From Bellilinea sp. (GTDB taxonomy: Bacteria > Chloroflexota > Anaerolineae > Anaerolineales > Anaerolineaceae), in contig DAISHK010000008.1 in the NCBI GenBank assembly GCA_036822575.1, positions 19,514 to 83,513 on the forward strand: a stretch of 64,000 nt of DNA, given 5' to 3'. The notes beneath the pieces are model-generated. The model did not search any database, was not told the origin of the DNA, and saw nothing but the letters and a program-made list of their open reading frames with translations. Both the position numbers and the translations under genes were made by a program. The first letter of the stretch is position 1. Every line of letters starts with the position of its first letter. This document shows, one piece after another, positions 9,326 through 19,548 of the stretch.

Positions 9326-10431
9326 GCGCCCCTCTTATAGGTGTACTCAGTCTGGTCACGCTGGGCCTTGCGTTCAAAAGCCAGCTCAATCAAGCGATCC
9401 ACCAATTGCGGGTACGGCAAACCGGCCGCCGTCCACATTTTGGCATACATGCTGATTTGGGTAAAACCGGGAATGGTGTTAACCTCACTGACAAAAATGG
9501 CGTCGCTGTTACGGTCGATCAAAAAATCAACTCGGGCCATTCCCGCGCAATCAATTGCCTGGTAAATCTTGACGGCCATCGCCTGAATTTTTTCCAGCGT
9601 TTCAGCCGGCAAGTCAGCCGGGATGACCGGATGAGACCGTTCAGATTGGTATTTTGCCGAATACGAGTAGAAATCCTCACCGGGGACAATTTCACCAGGG
9701 ACTGCCGCCACGGGTTTCTCGTTGCCCAGTACGCTGACTTCAATCTCTCGCGGTGATTCCAGCCCGCGTTCAACCAGAACGCGCCGGTCATAACGGGCCG
9801 CGTCCAGCAGCCCTTCATACAGATCAGACCGGCTGCGGCATTTGGTAATACCCACCGATGAGCCTAAATTGGCCGGTTTCGTGAACAGCGGATACGGGGA
9901 TATACGTTCCACAGCCGCAATAACTTCACCCATGTCAGCGCTCAAATCCTCGCGCTGGAAAATAATCGACTCAAGCACCGGAATATCATTGGCGCGCATG
10001 ACCTGTTTGAACAGGCCCTTATCCATACCCAACGATGAACCCAGCACACCCGCGCCCACGTAAGCCAGCCCGGAAAGCTCCAACAAACCCTGCATGGTCC
10101 CATCTTCGCCAAAAGTGCCGTGCAGCACCGGGAAGACTACATCCAGATCTGCGTAGCGGGTGAACTGACCGTTGGCCGTACTATAAATACCGTTGTGGCC
10201 TGGCTCAGCCGGCAAAATAACTGGAATTAAATTTTTGAAAGTACCTTTTTCAAAAGCTTCCAGAACATTTTCGCCGCTGAACCAACGCCCATCATGGGTA
10301 ATACCAATCTGAGTGACTTCGTATTTTTCGGGGTCCAGGTTGGCTAAAACGGAGCGTGCGGATTGCAGCGAAACTTCATGTTCGCCGGACCGCCCCCCGA
10401 AAATTACACCAACCTTTTTCTTGTTTGTCAT
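9322..10431 (-). CDS. ddl: D-alanine--D-alanine ligase
   Basis: GGRSGEHEVS, LHGTFGEDG, GSSVG, EVNTIPG; omega loop FYSYSAKY. Confidence 0.96.
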   Translation of the reverse strand: MTNKKKVGVIFGGRSGEHEVSLQSARSVLANLDPEKYEVTQIGITHDGRWFSGENVLEAFEKGTFKNLIPVILPAEPGHNGIYSTANGQFTRYADLDVVFPVLHGTFGEDGTMQGLLELSGLAYVGAGVLGSSLGMDKGLFKQVMRANDIPVLESIIFQREDLSADMGEVIAAVERISPYPLFTKPANLGSSVGITKCRSRSDLYEGLLDAARYDRRVLVERGLESPREIEVSVLGNEKPVAAVPGEIVPGEDFYSYSAKYQSERSHPVIPADLPAETLEKIQAMAVKIYQAIDCAGMARVDFLIDRNSDAIFVSEVNTIPGFTQISMYAKMWTAAGLPYPQLVDRLIELAFERKAQRDQTEYTYKRGA

Positions 10432-10459
10432 CTGCTTTTTCCTCACTCAGTCTTTACGG

Positions 10460-11380
10460 CTAATTCCAGTCACCGATGAATTCAATTTCCAATTCCAGCT
10501 TCACACCCTGCTTGCTGGCTACCGTCTTCTGCACCAGTTCAACCAATTGACGGTAATCGCTGGCAGTCGCCTGTTCGTCATTGACGAAAAAATTCGCGTG
10601 CTGCGGACTGACCATAACACCGCCAATGCGCTTTCCTTTCAGCCCGCTGGCTTCGATCAAGCGTCCCGCATAATCGTTGGGCGGGTTCTTGAACATTGAG
10701 CCCAGGCTGGCTCCGGGCGGTTGGGTTTGCTTACGGCGGGCGGTGAACTCAGCCATCGTTGCTTTGACCTGCTCCGCTGTGGATTGCTGGAGCGCAAAAC
10801 GCGCGCCCAAAATCACGCCGGACAATTCACCGCGCTTTAATGCTGAGCTGCGGTAGGTGTATGCCATTTCGGGGTTGGTAACGTTCACGATACCTTGATC
10901 AGGATGCAAGATTTCTGCCATCAACAGAGAGCCGGCCACATCGCCGCCGTGCGCCCCGGCATTACCATATACCGCTCCGCCGACCGTGCCAGGGATAGAA
11001 ACCGCCCATTCCAGGCCTGAAAGGCCACGCAGGGCAATCTGTCGGGCGATGGCGCCTAAATTAGCACCCGATTCGGCCCAAACAGTCGGCGCGGCATGGG
11101 CATCCACACGCACCAGATGAGCATGATTCAAAATCACCAGCCCGCGCACGCCCTGGTCGCTGACCAGAACATTGGCTCCGCTGCCCAGCAGGAAGAACGG
11201 GATCTGGTTACCCCAGCATTGTTTTACAGCTTCAGCCAGTTCAGCAGCATCATTGACGACCAGCATGGCATCCGCCGTACCGCCCACTCGGGCCGCGGTG
11301 TATTTGCCTAACGGGACATGCTCTTGCAGCTTTTCGCCGAAGAGTTCCGTTAATTTTGCTGAGTACATCGATGCATTCAT
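10460..11380 (-). CDS. murB: UDP-N-acetylmuramate dehydrogenase
   Basis: [33 protein letters not shown]. Confidence 0.96.
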   Translation of the reverse strand: MNASMYSAKLTELFGEKLQEHVPLGKYTAARVGGTADAMLVVNDAAELAEAVKQCWGNQIPFFLLGSGANVLVSDQGVRGLVILNHAHLVRVDAHAAPTVWAESGANLGAIARQIALRGLSGLEWAVSIPGTVGGAVYGNAGAHGGDVAGSLLMAEILHPDQGIVNVTNPEMAYTYRSSALKRGELSGVILGARFALQQSTAEQVKATMAEFTARRKQTQPPGASLGSMFKNPPNDYAGRLIEASGLKGKRIGGVMVSPQHANFFVNDEQATASDYRQLVELVQKTVASKQGVKLELEIEFIGDWN

Positions 11381-11389
11381 TCTGTCTGC

Positions 11390-11578
11390 CTAAAGCGATT
11401 TGATAACTTCGATTAATCGGTACAAGACTTCGCCCTGATTAGGGACGGCCGGAATGTTGATTTGCCGTGCAGGATTTCCGGCGCTCATGGCACTGGCACC
11501 TTCTTTGCCGGCTGCTGACGGCATTGCCTTTGCGATGGTAGCGTTGCCATCTTGGGCTTTTACTTTTCTTTCAGTCAT
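11390..11578 (-). CDS. Small hypothetical protein (62 aa) within the dcw cluster
   Basis: ATG at 11578 overlaps the murC end, with RBS AAGGAG; fills the murC-murB gap. Confidence 0.55.
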   Translation of the reverse strand: MTERKVKAQDGNATIAKAMPSAAGKEGASAMSAGNPARQINIPAVPNQGEVLYRLIEVIKSL

Positions 11579-12947
11579 GCGCTTGCTCCTTTTTGCGCAT
11601 CTCCGCCAGAACGGCCGCGCTGATCTGGTCAGCGTCACCGGCAGAGAGCACGATCAAAACATCTCCAGGGACAAGGTGTGCGTTGAGTAGAGCAATGGCA
11701 TCCCGAAAGGTTGGGCAAAAATTCGCCGCTGGCTGCTGAATTTTTTCAACCACCTGTGCGGCAGAGAAATCCGGATCACTCTCGCGCGCTGCGTACACTT
11801 CGGTAACCAATACATGGTCAGCCGCGGTGAAGGATTGCACGAACTCGTTCATCAACGCTTGAATTCGCGAGAAGGTATGCGGCTGCCATACAGCCCAAAT
11901 GCGGCGATCCGGGTAGCGCGTGCGCGCTGCTTCAAGGGTAGCTTTGATTTCCGTGGGATGGTGTCCGTAATCATCAATCACCGTGACGCCATTCGCCTCA
12001 CCAAGGATGTCAAATCGGCGTCCGGCGCCCAGGTACTGGCCAAGCGCTTGCGCCGCTGCAATTACCGGCAAGCCTAATAAATCAATTACTGCCAGCACAG
12101 CCAGGCTGTTAAGCACGTTATGCCCGCCGGGTACTTGCAGTTCCACAAGCGCAGCAGCCGTGGCGGTCTGACCGATGAAGAAATCGTAGGCGTAACCGCC
12201 TCTTCCCTCAGCCGCAGTAATCACCGCACGGTAATCCGCTGTATCCGCCATTCCGTAGGTTTTGCGAAGCACACCCTGCGGAACCGGCAGTGACATCGCC
12301 GCGGCATCAGCCTGGTGGGCAATCAGCAGCCCGCCTTCCGGCAAGGTGGCTACAAACTCAGTGAATGCCTGCTGGTATTCGGCAAGCGTAGGGTAGCAAT
12401 CCGGATGATCATGCTCAACGATGGTCAGAACCGCCATCTGCGGTTTCAACCCCAGGAACATGCGATCGTATTCATCCGCTTCAATGACAAAATACTTACC
12501 CTGGCCTGCGTGAGCGTTGCCGTGCAGGTTCTTCGCAACACCGCCCAGAATATAGCTGGGGTCCTGATCAAGCGCATAAAGACACCAGGCCAGCATGGCG
12601 GACGTGGTGGTTTTTCCGTGTGTCCCGGCCACTGCAATGCCATACAAATCGCTCATCAGTTGTCCGAGAAATTCCTGCCGGCGCAGCACTGGAATTCCCG
12701 CGGCAAGCGCTGCCTGCACTTCGGGATTATCAGCATGTACAGCCGATGAGCGTACAACCAGATCGGCCCCGGTGATATTTTCCGCTTTGTGTCCAATGAA
12801 AACGGAAATGCCGGCCTGCTGCAGCCCCGCCGCCAGCGGGGAGAGCATCCGGTCTGAACCTGAGACAATATAACCCCGCTCCTTGAGCAGCAAGGCAATT
12901 GCCGAGAGGCCCGTACCACCGATTCCGATCAAATGAATGTGCTGCAT
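11571..12947 (-). CDS. murC: UDP-N-acetylmuramate--L-alanine ligase
   Basis: GIGGTGLS, GTHGKTTT, EADEYD, DDYGHHPTE. Confidence 0.97.
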   Translation of the reverse strand: MQHIHLIGIGGTGLSAIALLLKERGYIVSGSDRMLSPLAAGLQQAGISVFIGHKAENITGADLVVRSSAVHADNPEVQAALAAGIPVLRRQEFLGQLMSDLYGIAVAGTHGKTTTSAMLAWCLYALDQDPSYILGGVAKNLHGNAHAGQGKYFVIEADEYDRMFLGLKPQMAVLTIVEHDHPDCYPTLAEYQQAFTEFVATLPEGGLLIAHQADAAAMSLPVPQGVLRKTYGMADTADYRAVITAAEGRGGYAYDFFIGQTATAAALVELQVPGGHNVLNSLAVLAVIDLLGLPVIAAAQALGQYLGAGRRFDILGEANGVTVIDDYGHHPTEIKATLEAARTRYPDRRIWAVWQPHTFSRIQALMNEFVQSFTAADHVLVTEVYAARESDPDFSAAQVVEKIQQPAANFCPTFRDAIALLNAHLVPGDVLIVLSAGDADQISAAVLAEMRKKEQAHD

Positions 12948-13486
12948 CAGATAAACACCACCATGACAAATACAAAAGCTACTGCCACCGCGAAATAAAT
13001 TGCCGGGGTGGTCAGAAAATGCGGTGGCATCATCGCCAAAAGGCGAATGGCCGCGTCACCCATTGCCGTGTTTCCATCCGGCGGGGAGATGATTGCAAAG
13101 GGGTAATTGGCTTGAGCCATGTAGAACCAAATCGTTCCCCATACCAAGTAACCATTGATTGCGCCGATGAAAAAGCCAAGCAGAATATCTTGCAATCGTT
13201 CACGGGCAAACCGGCCCGTCTGGGCAATCTTCGGCAGGTTCGGAGTCTGGTAACCAAAGAAAACCAGACCGAGAATGATGATGATGCGCAGCCAGAACAG
13301 GGCGGCCGGTGAGCTTTGCGGAAGCGTGTCGCGAATAAAGGGAACAAAGATTTCCAGCACGGAAATGATGAAGATGCCTAAAATTACCGCGAAGGCCACC
13401 AGAATTTCACGCGCCCAGCCGCGCATTCCGCCGATCAGCGCAAAGAGGATTACGAATATCCAGAAGACAACATTGATGCTTACCAT
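12947..13486 (-). CDS. CvpA-like membrane protein
   Basis: Multi-TM; GGMRGWAREI and DILLGFFIGAING patterns typical of the CvpA family; coupled to murG and murC. Confidence 0.6.
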   Translation of the reverse strand: MVSINVVFWIFVILFALIGGMRGWAREILVAFAVILGIFIISVLEIFVPFIRDTLPQSSPAALFWLRIIIILGLVFFGYQTPNLPKIAQTGRFARERLQDILLGFFIGAINGYLVWGTIWFYMAQANYPFAIISPPDGNTAMGDAAIRLLAMMPPHFLTTPAIYFAVAVAFVFVMVVFI

Positions 13487-14592
13487 GTGGTCATCCTCCT
13501 GTTGGGATTGGCGTGGGCCAATTCACGCAGCATCGTAGCAATCGATTCAGCCGCTTGCGGACGGGCCAGTGACTGCATGGCCTGGCTCATCTGGGCCAGT
13601 TCTTCCGGTCTGGCAAAACAATCCAAAATTTCAGCGGTCAGCCGATCGGCCAGCTCACGGTCTTCAAGTACACGCGCCGCCTGATGCTGAACCAGGTAAT
13701 CCGCATTGACGCGCTGGTAGCGCCAGGCATATGGATAAGGAACCAAAATCGCCGGAAGGCCGAAATAAGGCAGTTCACCCAAGGTGGAGGCCCCTGCCCG
13801 GCAGACGGCCAGATCCGCGCTGGCGAAAGCCGCGCCCATTTCTTCGTGCAGATAAGGATAGGGGTGATATTGAGCCGCTAAATCCGCGGGAAGCCGGTCG
13901 GCCGCCGCTTTGACCTCATCCCAATCCAGGGTTCCGGTCAGGTGTACGATTTGAACTTGCTTCAGCAGCGTTTCCAGGCCGGCCAGGAGCGCACGGTTTA
14001 TTGAGCGCGCGCCTTTGCTACCGCCATAGACCATCAATACCGGGCGATCATCGCGCAGACCCAGAGCCTGGCGGCCCTTTTCTGGCGTCCAGTTCATCAG
14101 CTCGGGACGAATGGGATACCCGGTTTCGACAACTGGCTTGTTTGGGTTGAAATAGGCCCGTGAATCCGGGGCGGTAACAGCAATCTGGTCCGCAAAGCGC
14201 GCCAGGGTTTTCAACGCCAGCCCAGGTTCAATATCAGGCACGTATAACAGGCTGTTGCGCGGAATGGCCATTACCGCCAGCGGCACTGCCACATATCCGC
14301 CGGTAAACAAAACCACATCCGGGCGGAATTCCCGCAGAATCCGGCGAGAAGCCATTGTTCCGCGAGCCAGGCGCATCAGGTTACCTGGCAAGGCGCGTAA
14401 ACCTACACCGTGCACCCCCGCAGCGGGGATGCCGGTATAAGGGATGTGCTGGCGGGTCACCAATTCTTCTTCCATGCCGCCCTCACCTCCAACCCATAAA
14501 ATCGGGTCTGCTTCACGACCTAATGCCTGAAGAACGGTGAGCGCGGGATACACGCCGCCCCCCGTCCCCCCGGCGCAGATTAACAACCGCAC
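13480..14592 (-). CDS. murG: Undecaprenyl-PP-MurNAc-pentapeptide GlcNAc transferase
   Basis: GGTGGG, GGYVA, GGSKGA, RAGASTL; GTG start at 14592. Confidence 0.95.
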   Translation of the reverse strand: MRLLICAGGTGGGVYPALTVLQALGREADPILWVGGEGGMEEELVTRQHIPYTGIPAAGVHGVGLRALPGNLMRLARGTMASRRILREFRPDVVLFTGGYVAVPLAVMAIPRNSLLYVPDIEPGLALKTLARFADQIAVTAPDSRAYFNPNKPVVETGYPIRPELMNWTPEKGRQALGLRDDRPVLMVYGGSKGARSINRALLAGLETLLKQVQIVHLTGTLDWDEVKAAADRLPADLAAQYHPYPYLHEEMGAAFASADLAVCRAGASTLGELPYFGLPAILVPYPYAWRYQRVNADYLVQHQAARVLEDRELADRLTAEILDCFARPEELAQMSQAMQSLARPQAAESIATMLRELAHANPNRRMTTW

Positions 14593-15760
14593 CGAATGAC
14601 CTGCCTTCCTGTTGTGCCGTTTCACGGTTCGAAACTCGCGATACGGAGAAAATCAGACCGATCGCCACCAAAGTCATGATTAAACTGGTTCCGCCAGCGC
14701 TCATCAATGGCAGTGAATTGCCGCTGACCGGGATGATCGTGACGACCGTTCCCATATTCAAAAACGCTTCAAAAGTAATCCATAAAGTTAACCCGGCTGC
14801 CAGCAGGCGTCCGGTCATATCGCTGGCGTGCGCCGCAATGCGCAGTCCACGCCACATAATTACCAGGTAAGCCAGAATGACAGCCACCGCGCCGACCAGA
14901 CCGGTTTCCTCAATCACGACGCCAAAAATGGTATCGGCATGCGAAACCGGCAAAACAAACTTAACCGTACCCTGCCCAATACCCACGCCAAAAATTCCGC
15001 CGCGCACAATCGCCTCCACCGAACGCTGAATCTGATCCGAGGAGGTCGAAGGGTCCTGCAAACCCGCCAGGTACTGGTGAATACGAACCTGTCCGGTGGT
15101 GGACAGAGCCACCATAATGCCGCCCAAAATGCCAACCGCCAGAAGAATGGTGACAATTTGACGAAAATCCGCGCCGGCCATGAAAAAGAGCAGACCGCCC
15201 AGGATCAAAATTGTCAGCGTCGCCGAAAGGTCCGGCTGGAGCATGATCAGGCCCGCGGTAACACCCAGAATGGTCACCATCGGGACGATACCCAGAGAAA
15301 GGCTGTTGATTACCGCGCGTTTCGAAGAAAGCCAGAAGGACATGTAAATAACGATGGCCATTTTCGCCACTTCGGATGGCGTAATCGAACCGTTGAACAG
15401 GGTCCGGCGGGCATTGTACAGGTCCACACCGACAAAAAGCACCACCACCAGCAAAATCAGCGTGACGGCCATCATCACGACCACCAGTTTCTTCCAGCGG
15501 CGATAATCGAAATACATAAAGAAAGCCGCGACAGGCAGGCTCAACACCAGCCAACGGACCTGATTAAGGAAATAATAGCCAATTGGCTTATCGAATTTGA
15601 TGGATTGCTGCCAGGAAGCCGAATACACCATCAAGAGGCCGAAGCCCAGCAAGAAGGCTACCGCCAGCAGCATCGGCACATCAATACCCAGGCGCAGCGG
15701 ACGCGGCGTCGCCTTTTCCGCTGCTACATACCGTGAATTTACGCCAGTTTGTTCACCCAT
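14513..15760 (-). CDS. ftsW: SEDS peptidoglycan glycosyltransferase FtsW
   Basis: PSEVAK, QPDLS, HADTIF, LPLMSAGGTS; about 10 TM segments. Confidence 0.92.
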   Translation of the reverse strand: MGEQTGVNSRYVAAEKATPRPLRLGIDVPMLLAVAFLLGFGLLMVYSASWQQSIKFDKPIGYYFLNQVRWLVLSLPVAAFFMYFDYRRWKKLVVVMMAVTLILLVVVLFVGVDLYNARRTLFNGSITPSEVAKMAIVIYMSFWLSSKRAVINSLSLGIVPMVTILGVTAGLIMLQPDLSATLTILILGGLLFFMAGADFRQIVTILLAVGILGGIMVALSTTGQVRIHQYLAGLQDPSTSSDQIQRSVEAIVRGGIFGVGIGQGTVKFVLPVSHADTIFGVVIEETGLVGAVAVILAYLVIMWRGLRIAAHASDMTGRLLAAGLTLWITFEAFLNMGTVVTIIPVSGNSLPLMSAGGTSLIMTLVAIGLIFSVSRVSNRETAQQEGRSFGAVVNLRRGDGGRRVSRAHRSSGIRS

Positions 15761-17118
15761 GTGCGGTAAGCCTCTCCCCTTTCCTCAAAATCTGCAAACT
15801 CATCAAAACTTGTTCCGCCCGGTGAGAGCAAAACCACATCACCGGATTGCGCCACCCTGGCGGCTTCAGCAACAGCTTCTTCCAGGGTTGCACAGCGCGT
15901 CTGTGTATAAGGACGTCCGCCGGCAGCCGGCGCGCCGAAGACCTTTTCGATCATTTCGGCAGATTCGCCAAACAGGATGACATGATCAACGCGCTGATGC
16001 ACGACCGCCGCCAGCGTATCCCAGGGCAGCTTCTTATCGCGGCCGCCTAACAAAAGCACAAGCGGCTCATTGAAAGCGTGCACTCCGGCAATCGTGCGCT
16101 CCGGAGCCGTGGCGATTGAGTCGTTGTACCAACGGACCCCGCGCCACTCGCGCACCAATTCCAACCGGTGCGCGACGCCTTGAAAACCGAGAACGCCAGC
16201 GCGCACTGCATCACGCGAGAGCCCCGCTGAAAATGCAAGCGCGGCGGCCGCCAAAACACTGACGACATTATGCTGGCCGCGAAGTTGAATTTCTTTTTGA
16301 TCTAGAAATTGCACAGGTTCCTTTCCGGACTGCCAGAACAACTGCCCATTTTCGGCATACGTGCCGGTAAATTCTTCGTTAGGGCGCTGCAGACCAAAAC
16401 TAACCAAAGAACCATGCAAATTTCTTGCCAATCCCCAAGACCCGCCATCCTCGCGGTTCAGTACAGCGATATCGCCGGTATGCTGAAAATCAAGGATGCG
16501 CGCTTTTGCCGCGGTGTATGCTTCCATTGTGCCGTGGCGGTCCAGATGGTTGGGAGTGATATTGAGAACCGCCGCGATATGCGGTGAATGTGTAACCTGT
16601 TCCAACTGAAAACTAGAAAGCTCCAAAATCACCAGGTCGTCTGGCTGAATCTCATCCAGATATTCCACCAGGGGCAGGCCAATATTTCCGCCAACCCAGG
16701 CACGGCGCGGAGCCTGCACACCAGCCTGCGCCATTCGTCCGACCAGGGTGGTTGTGGTGGTCTTGCCCGCTGAACCGGTAATGCCGATTACCGGGCATTT
16801 GACCGCACTCAGAAAGATCTCGGTATCATTAGAAATCGGCAGCCCGCGGCGAGCAGCTTCAGCCACCAGCGGCATCGTCAGCGGAACACCGCCCGAAAGG
16901 CAAACCAGATCCACCCGGTCAAGCAATTCCAATGGATGACTGCCGCAGACCCACTCGACCGGCAGGCCGGCCAGACTTTCCCGGGCAGCAGCCAGTTCGG
17001 CTGTGCTGCGCCGGTCATTCAAGATCACCTGCGCGCCGCGGCCAGACAGGTAACGCGTCAAAGCCAGCCCTTGCCGGGCTGCGCCAATGATTAATACACG
17101 CGTTTTCATCCAGTCCAT
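15739..17118 (-). CDS. murD: UDP-MurNAc-L-Ala--D-Glu ligase
   Basis: GSAGKTTTT, ELSSFQL, NHLDRH, NDSIAT, LLSPG. Confidence 0.96.
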   Translation of the reverse strand: MDWMKTRVLIIGAARQGLALTRYLSGRGAQVILNDRRSTAELAAARESLAGLPVEWVCGSHPLELLDRVDLVCLSGGVPLTMPLVAEAARRGLPISNDTEIFLSAVKCPVIGITGSAGKTTTTTLVGRMAQAGVQAPRRAWVGGNIGLPLVEYLDEIQPDDLVILELSSFQLEQVTHSPHIAAVLNITPNHLDRHGTMEAYTAAKARILDFQHTGDIAVLNREDGGSWGLARNLHGSLVSFGLQRPNEEFTGTYAENGQLFWQSGKEPVQFLDQKEIQLRGQHNVVSVLAAAALAFSAGLSRDAVRAGVLGFQGVAHRLELVREWRGVRWYNDSIATAPERTIAGVHAFNEPLVLLLGGRDKKLPWDTLAAVVHQRVDHVILFGESAEMIEKVFGAPAAGGRPYTQTRCATLEEAVAEAARVAQSGDVVLLSPGGTSFDEFADFEERGEAYRTWVNKLA

Positions 17119-17120
17119 GC

Positions 17121-18113
17121 TTACACCATCGCCAAAGCTATACCGAACATTGCAAACAGCAGACCGACCAGCCAAAAGCGCTGGACGACCTGTGTCTCAG
17201 ACCAGCCGCCCAATTCAAAATGATAATGAATAGGGGCCATGCGGAAAAAGCGTTTGCCTTTTGTCGCACGGAAATAAACAATTTGAATCACGTCGCTAAA
17301 CGCTTCGCTCACCGGAATTATGGCGATAATCGGCAGCAGCAGCCATTGCCCAGTCATCAAAGCTACCACGCCCAGCGTAGCGCCTAAGGCCAGCGAACCG
17401 GTATCACCCATAAATAACTGCGCCGGATGGACGTTAAACCACAAAAAGCCGAACAGTGCGCCGACCAGGGTGAAACAGAAACGGCCGATGAAAACCTGGC
17501 CCTGCAAGAGTGCAATTACGCCATATGCGGCAAAGGCGGTCGCTGATATCAACCCGGCCAGGCCATCCAGACCGTCGGTAAAATTGACCGCGTTCGACAT
17601 GCCAACGATGATGAACGCCGCCACCGGAATATATAAGTTACCCAATGAAATCGGGTCGTCCCAGCCCGGCCAGAACATTTCCGGGACGCCAAGCATGTAC
17701 TTGAGCACAAAGGCAATTCCGACCGCCAGAACAACCTGGAACAGGAACTTCGTCCGGGCGCGCATGCCAATACCGCGCCGCGGTCCGCGAACGCCTTCCC
17801 AGTCGTCCACTGCGCCAAGCAAACCGTAAGTCAACAGAACCAGCAGCGGCAGCAGGACGGAACGGCCGAGAACGGTCACCCCCAGCAAAGAGGCCGCGTT
17901 CATCAGGATCGTAATCAAGGCCACCGGCAAAATGATCATGACGCCGCCCATTGTGGGTGTGCCCATTTTGGTAAAATGACGATCTGGCTCTTCTACCCGG
18001 ATGATCTTTCCGATACGAAAATGGCGCAGCACGCGCAGAAGCGGCGTGCCCCAAATGATCGCCAGCATAAAGCTCAGCCCAGAGAGCGCCATAGCCAGGG
18101 ATGCGTCTTTCAT
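17121..18113 (-). CDS. mraY: Phospho-N-acetylmuramoyl-pentapeptide transferase
   Basis: GTPTMGG, NFTDGLDGL, FMGDTGS, APIHYHFE. Confidence 0.97.
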   Translation of the reverse strand: MKDASLAMALSGLSFMLAIIWGTPLLRVLRHFRIGKIIRVEEPDRHFTKMGTPTMGGVMIILPVALITILMNAASLLGVTVLGRSVLLPLLVLLTYGLLGAVDDWEGVRGPRRGIGMRARTKFLFQVVLAVGIAFVLKYMLGVPEMFWPGWDDPISLGNLYIPVAAFIIVGMSNAVNFTDGLDGLAGLISATAFAAYGVIALLQGQVFIGRFCFTLVGALFGFLWFNVHPAQLFMGDTGSLALGATLGVVALMTGQWLLLPIIAIIPVSEAFSDVIQIVYFRATKGKRFFRMAPIHYHFELGGWSETQVVQRFWLVGLLFAMFGIALAMV

Positions 18114-19534
18114 TCGCTTACCTCCAATGCCGTCACGATGCGATCCATCCGCAGACCGTGAGAACCTTTAATTAACGCCACATCCCCCGGCAGGAGTAGG
18201 TCGCGCAATATTTCAATGGCTTGCGGCACATCCGCGGCTTCAATGACCTTCCACGCTGACATACCGTTATCTCGTGCGGCCGCGCTGATCAGTTTGCCCA
18301 ATTCGCCGACGGTCACTAACCGGTCAGCTACTTTGGCGGCGCGCGCGCCCACCAGGGCATGCCCCTGCTGTTCGTATTGACCTAACTCAAGCATATCGCC
18401 CAGTACTGCGATCTTGCGTCCGTCCATCTCTTCCAGCAGGTTCAGCGCCGCCAGCGTCGATTCAGGCGAAGCGTTGTAGGAATCATCCAGGATGAGCGCG
18501 CCATTTTCTGTACTGACGGCCACCAGGCGCAGCTGCGAACGGCTGTGCTGAAGCCCATTGACCATTTCAGCCCAGGTCAGCCCTTCTACCAAACCGACCG
18601 CGACGGCGCGCAGCACTGTGTGCACCGAATGACGTCCAATCATAGGGACGTGCACCTGCAGCGATTCATTGCGGAAATGAATGCGGAAGCGAATTCCCTT
18701 CAGACCAAGACCTTCGATATCATCCGCCCATAAATCAGCCCGCGGATCCAGACCATAGGTAAAAACCTGCGCTCGGGTCACATCCGCCATGCCGCGTACC
18801 CAGGGATCATCGTCATTCAAAATTGCCACACCTTCCGGAGCCGGCGGCAAAGACTGCACCAGTTCGGATTTGCCGCGCGCGATCACTTCCTGCGACCCGG
18901 CCCGTTCAGCGTGCACCGTGCCTACATTGGTCACCACCCCGACTTGCGGTTTGGCCAGATCGCATAAAAAGGCGATTTCACCCGGTACGAAAAAGCCCAT
19001 TTCCAGAACCGCAACCTGATGCCCGGCGCTGAGGCGCAGCAAGGTGAGCGGCAAACCGATCTCATTATTCAGGTTGCCGACGTTTTTCAACACGCGATAC
19101 CGCTGACCGAGCACTTCAGCAATCAGCTCTTTTGTGGTTGATTTTCCCACTGAGCCGGTTACGCCGATCACACGCAAATTGTGCTTCGCGCGCCAGAACT
19201 TGGCCACGGTCTGCAAGGCTTTGAGGGTATCATCCACCAGCAGACAGAACGGTCCGCGCGGCAGCGCCAGGTTGGCCGGCAGCGCGGATGAGCGGATATC
19301 CACCACCGCATAATCAGCGCCGGCAGGCAAATGATCAATCAGCGCCAGCTGCGCGCCGCGTTCAAACGCCTGGCCGATATAATCATGCCCGTCAGTCCGT
19401 TCACCGCGCAACGCCACGAACAGCCCCGCCGGAATAACCAGGCGAGAATCAATAGCGGCCTCACTGATAAACAGTGTGGCCTGTTCAGGGCGTACGCCGG
19501 TCAGCGCTTCAAGGACATCAGCCAGGGTCAGCAC
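18110..19534 (-). CDS. murF: UDP-MurNAc-tripeptide--D-Ala-D-Ala ligase
   Basis: GSVGKSTTKE, NNEIGLP, DDSYNASP, KGSHG. Confidence 0.96.
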   Translation of the reverse strand: MLTLADVLEALTGVRPEQATLFISEAAIDSRLVIPAGLFVALRGERTDGHDYIGQAFERGAQLALIDHLPAGADYAVVDIRSSALPANLALPRGPFCLLVDDTLKALQTVAKFWRAKHNLRVIGVTGSVGKSTTKELIAEVLGQRYRVLKNVGNLNNEIGLPLTLLRLSAGHQVAVLEMGFFVPGEIAFLCDLAKPQVGVVTNVGTVHAERAGSQEVIARGKSELVQSLPPAPEGVAILNDDDPWVRGMADVTRAQVFTYGLDPRADLWADDIEGLGLKGIRFRIHFRNESLQVHVPMIGRHSVHTVLRAVAVGLVEGLTWAEMVNGLQHSRSQLRLVAVSTENGALILDDSYNASPESTLAALNLLEEMDGRKIAVLGDMLELGQYEQQGHALVGARAAKVADRLVTVGELGKLISAAARDNGMSAWKVIEAADVPQAIEILRDLLLPGDVALIKGSHGLRMDRIVTALEVSE

Positions 19535-19548
19535 ACAATCACCATTTC

